Below are positions 56,539 through 64,000 of a DNA stretch of 64,000 nucleotides, piece after piece. The stretch comes from Clostridia bacterium (GTDB taxonomy: Bacteria > Bacillota > Clostridia > Monoglobales > Monoglobaceae). A program made the translations under genes and the position numbers. The notes beneath the pieces were generated by a model. That model ran no database searches and had not been told where the DNA came from. It saw only the letters and a list, made by a program, of their open reading frames with translations. Numbering within the stretch: the stretch's first letter is position 1; the number at the start of each line of letters is the position of its first letter. The stretch covers positions 17,891 to 81,890 of the forward strand of contig JAZNNB010000030.1 in assembly GCA_045580025.1 (NCBI GenBank), read 5' to 3'.

Positions 56539-58326
56539 CTATTTTTTATCCTTTTTAAGTCGTTCCATTATTTCCTGAAGCTTTTCTGCGTCCCCGTCTT
56601 TTGCAAGAATTTCATTGTTCTTTTTTTCACTATAATCAAGAACTGTCTTAAGGGGCATCTTCACCGCTTCAAGCTTGTTATCCACATTTTTATCGTCCGA
56701 AAGAATTTCCGAAACTGCACCAACTTCTGACTCATCAAACTGTGCAAGCACTGCCGCAGGGCTGAGTCTTGCGCCTTTTGACATCACCTCAAAAACAATT
56801 TCTGCAAGCTTTCTGTGAATTCCATCTTCAAAGCTTTGGGGCGAGAGCTTGTCCTTCACCTCTTTGAAAACTTCCTTTTCACAAATCAGGTTGAGGAGAA
56901 GCTTTTCTGCATTATAAACCCTCATCTTTTCAAGGTCATGCCTTCCGCCGGTTCGTTCCTCAAACTGTTTTTTCTCCTGCCGCTGAAACCGTGCCTTTTC
57001 ATTCCGCTGATTTTTTTGCATTCGTTCTTTGATGCGCACGTTTATGCTGTCAGGTGAAACATCGGTTTTTCGTGCAATTTTTTTTATATAAACTTCTCTT
57101 TCGACGTCATTTTTTATATTGGCAAAGATTTTTGCAATTTGCTCAACAAACTCAATTTTTTCAACAGTGTCATCAAGGTTATATTGTTTCTCAATCTTGC
57201 CTATCTTATACTCCACAAAGCTTTCAGCATTGTCAATTAAAAGTTGAAACATCTCCGGTCCTTTTGTTTTTATATAATCATCCGGGTCCTTGCCGTCGGT
57301 AATTGTTAAAACTTTCACTTTGACGTCGGCTTCTCTCAAAATTTCGCCAGCCCTGTCGGTTGCCTTTTGACCCGCCTCGTCAGCGTCATAACAAAGAATA
57401 GCCTTGTCAGCATACCTCTTCATCACCTCAGCCTGTTGCGGCGTAAATGCTGTGCCAAGTGACGCCACCGCATTGTCAAAGCCACCCTGATGAAGAGATA
57501 TGACATCCATATACCCTTCCATAATCATAAACTGACCCTTCTTGGTGTTTTTTGCAATATTCATTGCATAAAGGTTGTCCTTCTTTTTATAAATAAGGGT
57601 CTCAGGCGAATTCAGATATTTGGGTGCATTGTCCTTATCGGTAAGGATTCTTCCGCCGAAAGCTATTACATTTCCCCGAAGGTCAATTATAGGGAACATA
57701 ACTCGGTCACGGAACTTATCAAAATAAGTGCCGTTGTCTCGCTTCACCGCAAGTCCCACCTCGCATAGCTCCTCCTCGCTATAGCCCTTTTCTTTCATAT
57801 AATCAATGAGCATATTCCACGTATCAGGCGCATATCCAAGCCCAAAGCTTTTGATGGTGGCATTTGACAACTTTCTTGCCCTTAAATAATCAAGCGCTTT
57901 GGCATTTTTCTTATCAATAAGGTTGTTGAAGAAGAACCTCGCCGCCTCGGCATTCATCTCGTACATCCGTTTTTTCTTGTCATGGATCTCAGCCGCACGA
58001 TTTCTTTCTGCCGCACTGCGATAATCAGGAATGGGCACTCCTGCTCTTTCCGCCAGAAGTTTCACCGCCTCCATAAAATCAAGGTTTTCCTTTGCCATAA
58101 TGAAATTTATAGCTGTCCCCCCTGCACCGCAACCAAAGCAATGGAACAGCTGCTTGTCAGGTGACACCGAAAATGACGGCGTCTTTTTGTCGTTGTGAAG
58201 AGGGCAAAGTGCCTGAAAGCGATTCCCCACTCTTTTCAAAGTTACATAACGGGAAATGAGGTCCACTATGTCATTTTTCTCTATGACTTCATCAATAAAA
58301 TCCTGAAAATCAACCGATTGTCTCAA
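56539..58326 (-). CDS. dnaG: DNA primase
   Basis: Zinc finger [30 protein letters not shown] and a Toprim domain (EGYMDVISL). The start is TTG. Confidence 0.96.
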   Translation of the reverse strand: MRQSVDFQDFIDEVIEKNDIVDLISRYVTLKRVGNRFQALCPLHNDKKTPSFSVSPDKQLFHCFGCGAGGTAINFIMAKENLDFMEAVKLLAERAGVPIPDYRSAAERNRAAEIHDKKKRMYEMNAEAARFFFNNLIDKKNAKALDYLRARKLSNATIKSFGLGYAPDTWNMLIDYMKEKGYSEEELCEVGLAVKRDNGTYFDKFRDRVMFPIIDLRGNVIAFGGRILTDKDNAPKYLNSPETLIYKKKDNLYAMNIAKNTKKGQFMIMEGYMDVISLHQGGFDNAVASLGTAFTPQQAEVMKRYADKAILCYDADEAGQKATDRAGEILREADVKVKVLTITDGKDPDDYIKTKGPEMFQLLIDNAESFVEYKIGKIEKQYNLDDTVEKIEFVEQIAKIFANIKNDVEREVYIKKIARKTDVSPDSINVRIKERMQKNQRNEKARFQRQEKKQFEERTGGRHDLEKMRVYNAEKLLLNLICEKEVFKEVKDKLSPQSFEDGIHRKLAEIVFEVMSKGARLSPAAVLAQFDESEVGAVSEILSDDKNVDNKLEAVKMPLKTVLDYSEKKNNEILAKDGDAEKLQEIMERLKKDKK

Positions 58327-58410
58327 AAATCAGGCAGCCCCTTTCCCAAAAATTTTCTTACTTTATAATTCGACAAAATTTCATTCTTTCCTTTAACAAA
58401 TTACACAAAT

Positions 58411-59409
58411 TTATCCCCGCCATATTTTGGGAACAAAAAACTTGTCATAAAGGCTCAGGGCATATCTGTCCGTCATACCTGCCACATAGTCCCTCACTGC
58501 TATGATATTGTCGGGAACCGTCCCGCTTTCAAATTCTCCCCCCGGTATAAGCTCCGGTTTTTCAAGGAACAATTCAAAAAGCGACTTTATCACATTGAAC
58601 GACTTTTTTTCTTCGTTTTTTGCATAATCATTCAGGTATACATTTTCAAACATAAACTTTCGAAGGCCCATCATCGCTTCAAAAACTTCCTCTCCCATCA
58701 AAATATCACACTTTTGATAGCTCTCATTTATTATGCTTTTTATCATCGAGTCAATTCTTTCAGAGTGTGAATTTCCCAAAACCTTTGAATATTCTTTGGG
58801 TATATCATCACCCTTTATCACACCGCCGCGGATGGCATCATCTATATCGTGATTTATGTAAGCAATTTTGTCGGCGAGTCTTATGATTTTCCCTTCCAGT
58901 GTCTGAGGCATTTTGTCACCGGTATGGCAAAGAATTCCATCCCTGACCTCTGCCGTAAGATTAAGTCCCCCACGCCTTTCAAGAACATTTACAACACGAA
59001 GACTTTGCTCATTGTGGCGAAACCCCTCAGGACAAAGATGGTCAATGGTCCTCTCACCCCCGTGTCCAAAAGGAGTGTGTCCCAAATCGTGCCCAAGGGC
59101 TATTGCCTCTGTCAAGTCCTCATTGAGTCCAAGAGCTCGGGCAACGGTCCTTGCTATCTGCGCAACCTCAAGTGTGTGTGTAAGACGTGTCCTATAATGG
59201 TCACCCTCTGGGGATAAAAACACTTGTGTCTTGTGTTTCAGCCGCCTGAATGCTTTTGAATGTATAATTCTGTCACGGTCACGCTGAAAGTCCGTACGAA
59301 GTTCACATTTTTCTTCAAAGGCAGCCCTGCCCAAAGTATTACAGCTGAGAGCCGCATAAGGACTGAGTGTCTTTTTTTCGATTTCTTCAATTTTTTCGCG
59401 TATGGTCAT
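58411..59409 (-). CDS. dGTP triphosphohydrolase-like HD-domain protein
   Basis: HSKAFRRLKHKTQVF, HSLEV-like THTLEVAQI, and GHDLGHTPFGH. Start ATG 59409 follows AGGTGA; ATG 59424 is an alternative. Confidence 0.88.
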   Translation of the reverse strand: MTIREKIEEIEKKTLSPYAALSCNTLGRAAFEEKCELRTDFQRDRDRIIHSKAFRRLKHKTQVFLSPEGDHYRTRLTHTLEVAQIARTVARALGLNEDLTEAIALGHDLGHTPFGHGGERTIDHLCPEGFRHNEQSLRVVNVLERRGGLNLTAEVRDGILCHTGDKMPQTLEGKIIRLADKIAYINHDIDDAIRGGVIKGDDIPKEYSKVLGNSHSERIDSMIKSIINESYQKCDILMGEEVFEAMMGLRKFMFENVYLNDYAKNEEKKSFNVIKSLFELFLEKPELIPGGEFESGTVPDNIIAVRDYVAGMTDRYALSLYDKFFVPKIWRG

Positions 59410-59486
59410 TTTATTCACCTGCATTTTACAGAAACTTCCTATATATCTTAAATTTTCTTCATTTCTCCCAAAAATCCTTTTTTTAA

Positions 59487-59516
59487 TTGACAAAACCTGC
59501 CTTTTACCTATATAAT
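59487..59516 (+). promoter_or_regulatory. Consensus sigma-A promoter of trmK-nif3
   Basis: TTGACA (59487-59492), 18-nt spacer, TATAAT (59511-59516). Confidence 0.6.
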
Positions 59517-59555
59517 TTATTTAAATCAACAAATTTACAATGTGGAGAACATTTT

Positions 59556-60260
59556 ATGCATACAGATTTTTCATCACAAATTCCAAATCTTGCGCCACGC
59601 CTTGAAAAAATTGCATCCCTGGTGCCCCCCAATCGCTGCACAGCAGATATTGGTACCGACCACGCCTACATCCCTATTTATCTGGTAAAAAAAGGCATAA
59701 CAGAGCAGGCAATCGCATCCGACATAAAACGTGGTCCTCTTCTTCGGGCAAAGGAAAACACTGAAAAGTATAATCTTTCCAGGCAAATCGACCTGCGCCT
59801 TGGTGGCGGGCTCTCAACTCTTTCGCCACATGACGCTGAAATTATAATCATTGCAGGCATGGGCGGAATATTGATTGCTGACATACTGGAAGAAAACCGT
59901 GACGTGACGGACAGTTCCAAACTTCTTATACTCCAGCCAATGACAGCAATTCTTGAGCTTCGGGAGTATCTTTCATCCCACAATTTTTCCATAGAGGCTG
60001 AATATCTGGAATCCGAGGACGAAAAGCTTTATAATATCATCGTGGCAAAGCCAAACGGGGAGTGTCATTATACAAAAAAAGAGCTATACTTAGGAAAAGC
60101 TTTAAACGAAACATCACCACAGCTCTTCCCCCGATATAAAGCCGAGATAATCAAAAAACTGTCCAGACGTGCAGATGGGCTGAAAAATTCCCAAAGCACT
60201 GAAAACAAACGAATTCTTGCTGAAACAGAAAGCATATTAAATCTTCTCAAGGAGGAATAA
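59556..60260 (+). CDS. trmK: tRNA (adenine22-N1)-methyltransferase
   Basis: LAPRLEKIASLVP..ADIGTDHAYIPIYL motif. GGAGA lies 7 nt upstream of ATG 59556. Confidence 0.88.
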   Translation: MHTDFSSQIPNLAPRLEKIASLVPPNRCTADIGTDHAYIPIYLVKKGITEQAIASDIKRGPLLRAKENTEKYNLSRQIDLRLGGGLSTLSPHDAEIIIIAGMGGILIADILEENRDVTDSSKLLILQPMTAILELREYLSSHNFSIEAEYLESEDEKLYNIIVAKPNGECHYTKKELYLGKALNETSPQLFPRYKAEIIKKLSRRADGLKNSQSTENKRILAETESILNLLKEE

Positions 60261-60262
60261 TT

Positions 60263-61066
60263 ATGAACAGACTGTCTGAAATAATTGAAGTCCTGAATGC
60301 AAGTGCCCCTCAGGAAACCAAGGAACCTTGGGACAACGTGGGACTTATGGTTGGAGACCGCGGTCAAAAAATCCAAAGGGTTTATGTCTGCCTTGATTTG
60401 ACAACAGAAAATGTCCGCGAGGCAATAGCCCTTGGTGCAGACCTCATTGTTTCCCATCACCCTCTTATTTTTAAGCCTCTATATTCGGTAACCGAGGACG
60501 ACCCCATAAGCTGTATGGTGCGTGCTGCCGTTAAAAATGATATTTCGATTTTCAGTATGCACACAAACTTTGACAAAGTAAAGGGCGGCACAAACGACCT
60601 GCTGGCTGGGAAGCTTGGTCTTGAACATATTCGTGAATACACAGAAGCCGAATGTGTTGACGCAAACGGCACACCCTTTTCTCCCATAGGCAGAGTAGGG
60701 TTTTTGCCCACTCCTTTGACTATGGAAGATTTTCTTATCAAAATTAAATCCGCCCTTGGTTCAACGGCACTCAAATATACCGGTGACCTGTCTGACGAGG
60801 TGAGATGCGTAGCGCTCTGCAGCGGCAGTGGTGGAAAAGAGGGGATTTACTCCGCTTTCCATTCGGGTGCAGATGTTTATGTCACAGCAGACCTTGGACA
60901 CGAGCACGCACGATCTGCCTTCGAACTTGGTCTCAATATTATTGACGCCGGACACTTTGAAACCGAAAACACCATCTGTGAATTTTTGAAGGTCTTCTTT
61001 GCAACAAATTTTCCGGACCTCGAGGTTTTCGTTTCATCAGCAAAACCATTTTATTCAAACTTTTGA
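60263..61066 (+). CDS. Nif3-family dinuclear metal-centre protein (YqfO-like)
   Basis: EDPWDNVGL-like KEPWDNVGLMVGD, SHHPLIF, and the C-terminal DAGHFETE motif. Confidence 0.9.
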   Translation: MNRLSEIIEVLNASAPQETKEPWDNVGLMVGDRGQKIQRVYVCLDLTTENVREAIALGADLIVSHHPLIFKPLYSVTEDDPISCMVRAAVKNDISIFSMHTNFDKVKGGTNDLLAGKLGLEHIREYTEAECVDANGTPFSPIGRVGFLPTPLTMEDFLIKIKSALGSTALKYTGDLSDEVRCVALCSGSGGKEGIYSAFHSGADVYVTADLGHEHARSAFELGLNIIDAGHFETENTICEFLKVFFATNFPDLEVFVSSAKPFYSNF

Positions 61067-61083
61067 CCATTAAAATACAAACT

Positions 61084-61117
61084 CCGCTGCTTGGCATAAA
61101 CCAAGTAGCGGTTTTTT
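61084..61117 (+). terminator. Rho-independent terminator
   Basis: Stem ccgctgcttgg / ccaagtagcgg with one G-U pair, followed by tttttt. Confidence 0.85.
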
Positions 61118-61145
61118 CATATCATTTTCCCACCCCGCATATACG
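61117..61145 (+). promoter_or_regulatory. Candidate sigma-E-type promoter of spmAB
   Basis: TCATATC (61117-61123), 14-nt spacer, CATATACG (61138-61145), about 20 nt upstream of the start codon. Confidence 0.35.
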
Positions 61146-61165
61146 TATACAAAAAGGAGAGTGAT

Positions 61166-61756
61166 ATGATGCTGAACTTTATCTGGGGAGGGATGGTGGT
61201 CATCTCCTTTATTGTGGCAATTTTCACTGGAAAAATAAGCGACCTTACAGCATCAGCTCTGGCAGGTGCCGCCTCTGGCATAGAAACCTGCATCGGTCTC
61301 CTCGGCACAATGTGTCTTTGGACGGGACTTGCAAAAATTGCTGAAAACTCAGGACTGAATCAAATCTTTGCAAAAATCCTCCGACCTTTTACAAAACTCC
61401 TTTTTCCAAAACTAAAAAAAGACTCCGCCGCCCTCAAGGCAATAGTTCTTAATATGGTGGCAAACCTTTTGGGAATGGGCAACGCTGCAACGCCACTAGG
61501 TCTTTGTGCCATGCGGGAACTGGATAAGGAAAATAAACATAAGGCGTCAGCCAGCAACGAAATGTGCACCTTCGCAGTTCTCAACACGGCATCCATACAG
61601 CTTATTCCCTCCACCGTAATTTCCCTGCGTCAAATGTATGGGTCGCTCAACCCATCAGAAATCGTTTTCCCTGTGTGGATATGTAGTGCAGCTTCCGTAA
61701 TAGTCGGCATAACCGCTGCCAAGCTTTTTGAAAAATATGGGAGGAACCGCCTTTGA
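61166..61756 (+). CDS. spmA: Spore maturation protein A (nucleoside-recognition/Gate domain)
   Basis: MLNFIWGGM N-terminus, LLGMGNAATPLGL motif, 196 aa. Confidence 0.9.
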   Translation: MMLNFIWGGMVVISFIVAIFTGKISDLTASALAGAASGIETCIGLLGTMCLWTGLAKIAENSGLNQIFAKILRPFTKLLFPKLKKDSAALKAIVLNMVANLLGMGNAATPLGLCAMRELDKENKHKASASNEMCTFAVLNTASIQLIPSTVISLRQMYGSLNPSEIVFPVWICSAASVIVGITAAKLFEKYGRNRL

Positions 61757-62283
61757 TAAACACCATATCTCTTCTTTCTGTACCGATTATGATAGTATCA
61801 ATCGTCTCCTTTGGTCTATTTAAACGAGACAACGTATATGACAGCTTTGTGCAGGGCGCAAAGCTCGGCCTTGAAAGCACTGTCCAAATTTCTGCACCCC
61901 TTGTAGGACTTATGGTGGCAATTTCAATGTTCCGCGCTTCCGGCGCTCTCGAAATTCTCTCAAAACTGCTTTCACCTCTTACCTCTTTTCTTGAAATGCC
62001 CTCCGAGGTTTTGCCACTGGCACTCCTCCGCCCTGTTTCAGGCAGTGGCTCTATTGCAATAGTCAATGATATTTTCAAAAACTACGGGCCCGATTCAATC
62101 CCCGGAAAAATCGCATCTGTTATGATGGGGTCTACCGAAACCACCTTTTATACCATTGCTGTATATTTTGGGGCAGTGGGAATAAAAAAGGTTCGTCACA
62201 CCCTGAAAGCCGCCTTGCTTGCGGATTTTACTGGAATGGTTTTTGCTGTTTTAATGGCAAATATGCTTCTTGGTCCTCAATAA
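61753..62283 (+). CDS. spmB: Spore maturation protein B
   Basis: The TTG start overlaps the spmA stop (TTGA), behind GGGAGGAA. Motifs LLRPVSGSGS and MGSTETTFYTIAVYFG. Confidence 0.9.
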   Translation: MINTISLLSVPIMIVSIVSFGLFKRDNVYDSFVQGAKLGLESTVQISAPLVGLMVAISMFRASGALEILSKLLSPLTSFLEMPSEVLPLALLRPVSGSGSIAIVNDIFKNYGPDSIPGKIASVMMGSTETTFYTIAVYFGAVGIKKVRHTLKAALLADFTGMVFAVLMANMLLGPQ

Positions 62284-62353
62284 ACTGTTGCACACAAAAC
62301 TTTTTTATGCTAAAATACTTTTGAAAAGAAAACTGAGAAAGGCAGTCCCCCCG

Positions 62354-62971
62354 ATGAAAGAAAGCTACAAAACCGTCACAAAGACGACAAATTGTGAAAT
62401 AATTGAAAAGCGTTCAAGGTTTATTGCCCACGTTATGCCAGTCAGCACCGAGGAAGAGGCTCTGGCTTTTTTGGACACTCTCAAAAAAAAGTTTTGGGAT
62501 GCAACCCACAATGTCTATGCTTATGTCCTCGAGGAAAACAACGTTCAGCGTTACAGTGACGACGGCGAGCCATCAGGCACAGCAGGACTTCCTGTTCTTG
62601 ATATGATAAAAAAAGAAGGGCTTTCAAACCTTATCGTGGTGGTAACAAGATATTTCGGCGGCATTCTTTTGGGAACAGGCGGTCTTGTCCACGCATATTC
62701 AAAAGCGGCAAAGCTGGGAATTGAAAGTGCCTTGCCAATAGAGAAAAACCTCTGCTGTGAGGTGACTATTGAATGTGACTATTCCCTCCTTGGCAAAATT
62801 CAAAGTGAGGCACTGTCCTTAGGCTTTGCCCTGGGCGAAATCATTTATGAAGACTCCGTTAAAATCCCCGCTTTTGTTCCTGTTTCATCCGTCTCAGCCT
62901 TTGAAGCCAAAATTATTGACAAAACCAACGGAAAAGCACGTATTATTCAGGGCGAAACTGGATACTATTAA
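62354..62971 (+). CDS. yigZ: YigZ/IMPACT-family protein (UPF0029)
   Basis: EKRSRFIAHV, ATHNVYAYV, DDGEPSGTAG and VVTRYFGGILLGTGGL motifs. Start ATG 62354 has only a weak RBS. Confidence 0.85.
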   Translation: MKESYKTVTKTTNCEIIEKRSRFIAHVMPVSTEEEALAFLDTLKKKFWDATHNVYAYVLEENNVQRYSDDGEPSGTAGLPVLDMIKKEGLSNLIVVVTRYFGGILLGTGGLVHAYSKAAKLGIESALPIEKNLCCEVTIECDYSLLGKIQSEALSLGFALGEIIYEDSVKIPAFVPVSSVSAFEAKIIDKTNGKARIIQGETGYY

Positions 62972-63044
62972 AATATAGTTCCTTTTTGAAATCCTTTATC
63001 TTGTATATTTTGGAAAATAAATTCACAAAATGTGCTGTAAGGGA

Positions 63045-63073
63045 TTGATTTTTTTCATTTCTTGTGATAAAAT
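63045..63073 (+). promoter_or_regulatory. Candidate promoter of murA
   Basis: TTGATT (63045-63050), 17-nt spacer, TAAAAT (63068-63073) with an extended TGa. Confidence 0.4.
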
Positions 63074-63182
63074 ACCTGTGGATACTTATGACTTTTGACA
63101 TAATTTTGCGGGAGACCCTTGTCACTCGCAGTTTCTTGTATACATGCTTTTTTAACAAAAGAAATTTTTAGGTGGGTGGACC

Positions 63183-64000
63183 ATGGAAAAATATGTTGTT
63201 CTGGGCGGCGCCAAGCTTGAGGGCGAAGTCGAAATCAGCGGAGCAAAAAACTCCGCAGTTGCACTTATAGTAGCAGCCTTGATGGTTAACGGAACCTGTA
63301 TAATTGAAAATGTGCCCCCTGTGAGTGACACCTATGTTCTTATCGATATAATCAACCAGCTGGGCGGCAATGCCGAATTTATTGACAAAGGCGTTTTGAA
63401 AATCGACAGCACAGGGGTCGATCGTTTTGAGGCCCCATATGAAATGGTAAGCAAAATCCGTGCATCCTCTTATCTTATGGGTGCGCTACTTGGAAGATTC
63501 AAAAAAGCCCGTGTAGCTATGCCTGGTGGCTGTGATTTTGGTGTAAGACCCATTGACTTCCACCTCAAAGGTTTTGAAGCCCTTGGCGCTTCATATTCCA
63601 CCGAAAAAGGTGGCATCGTTGATATTAAAGCAGAAAGTCTCAGTGGTGCCAGCATATATATGGACCAAGTTTCAGTTGGCGCAACCATAAACATTATGCT
63701 TGCGGCGACACTTGCCGAAGGTCAGACAGTTATTGAAAATGCGGCAAAAGAGCCTCACATTGTTGATGTTGCAAACTTTTTAAACAGTATGGGTGCAAAT
63801 ATTAAGGGTGCAGGTACTGACGTTATTAAGATTAAAGGTGTTACCGCTCTTCACGGTGGCACATACACCGTCATTCCCGACCAAATAGAAGCAGGAACAT
63901 TTATGATTGCCGCAGCGGCTACTGGTGGTGATGTTCTCATCAAAAACATCATTCCAAAGCATCTTGATTCAATATCAGCAAAGCTTCTTGAAATTGGTGT
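63183..64000 (+). CDS. murA: UDP-N-acetylglucosamine 1-carboxyvinyltransferase; N-terminal part only, continues past the right edge
   Basis: Absent from the ORF track because it is open at the edge. Hand translation from ATG 63183 behind AGGTGGGTGG reads [33 protein letters not shown] ... [17 protein letters not shown] (active-site Cys loop). No stop codon occurs up to 64000. Confidence 0.93.
   Translation, partial: MEKYVVLGGAKLEGEVEISGAKNSAVALIVAALMVNGTCIIENVPPVSDTYVLIDIINQLGGNAEFIDKGVLKIDSTGVDRFEAPYEMVSKIRASSYLMGALLGRFKKARVAMPGGCDFGVRPIDFHLKGFEALGASYSTEKGGIVDIKAESLSGASIYMDQVSVGATINIMLAATLAEGQTVIENAAKEPHIVDVANFLNSMGANIKGAGTDVIKIKGVTALHGGTYTVIPDQIEAGTFMIAAAATGGDVLIKNIIPKHLDSISAKLLEIG

Noticed and set aside
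63077-63085. The DnaA-box-like sequence tgtggatac (8 of 9 matches to TGTGGATAA) upstream of murA
   Set aside because: It is a single isolated near-match with no cluster of boxes, no AT-rich unwinding element and no dnaA or dnaN nearby. A chance match is the likelier explanation in AT-rich DNA.
1-64000. A search for CRISPR arrays, transposases, integrases, phage genes, toxin-antitoxin pairs, restriction-modification genes or other defence modules
   Set aside because: I saw no short direct-repeat arrays, and no ORF has motifs of these families. RadC-like and SLOG proteins do occur in mobile and defence contexts elsewhere. Here both sit in conserved housekeeping neighbourhoods with no partner genes.

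Overview
By eye this is a low-GC, gene-dense chromosomal segment from a spore-forming Firmicute, probably Clostridia-like. The clues are spoVAC/AD/AE, spoIIP and spmAB, SLH-anchored surface proteins, and strong GGAGG-type ribosome-binding sites. Nearly every gene is recognisable housekeeping. The DNA repair genes are uvrA, uvrB, radC, mutS, mutL and recR. The division cluster runs HlyD-like, yggS, sepF, ylmH, divIVA, lspA, rluD. The tRNA/rRNA modification genes are miaA, miaB, trmFO, rlmD and trmK. The remaining core genes are metK, lepA, hemW, galE, dGTPase-dnaG-rpoD, nif3, yigZ and murA. I found one tRNA-Arg(CCT). I found no rRNA, CRISPR array, transposase, integrase, prophage or recognisable defence or toxin-antitoxin genes. 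The least ordinary content concerns the cell envelope. There are three SLH-domain proteins. One is an acidic 970-aa candidate major S-layer protein with tandem promoters, and one is an edge-truncated paralog of it. There is also a murJ / Wzy_C / GT4 / 2x DUF4330 operon. Smaller oddities are a YlbF/Ric-like protein with a C-terminal CX3CX2CX2CH tail next to miaB, an orphan HlyD-like protein in the division cluster, a SLOG/DUF1273 gene convergent with a tail-anchored small protein, and sigma-E-like promoter motifs upstream of sporulation genes. Two edge-open genes (1-1545 minus strand, 63183-64000 plus strand) are missing from the supplied ORF track and were translated by hand. Many track ORFs begin upstream of the likely start, so I moved those starts to the first start codon with a suitably spaced Shine-Dalgarno. 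I see no convincing wholly novel multi-gene system, and all functional calls rest on motif recognition rather than searches.
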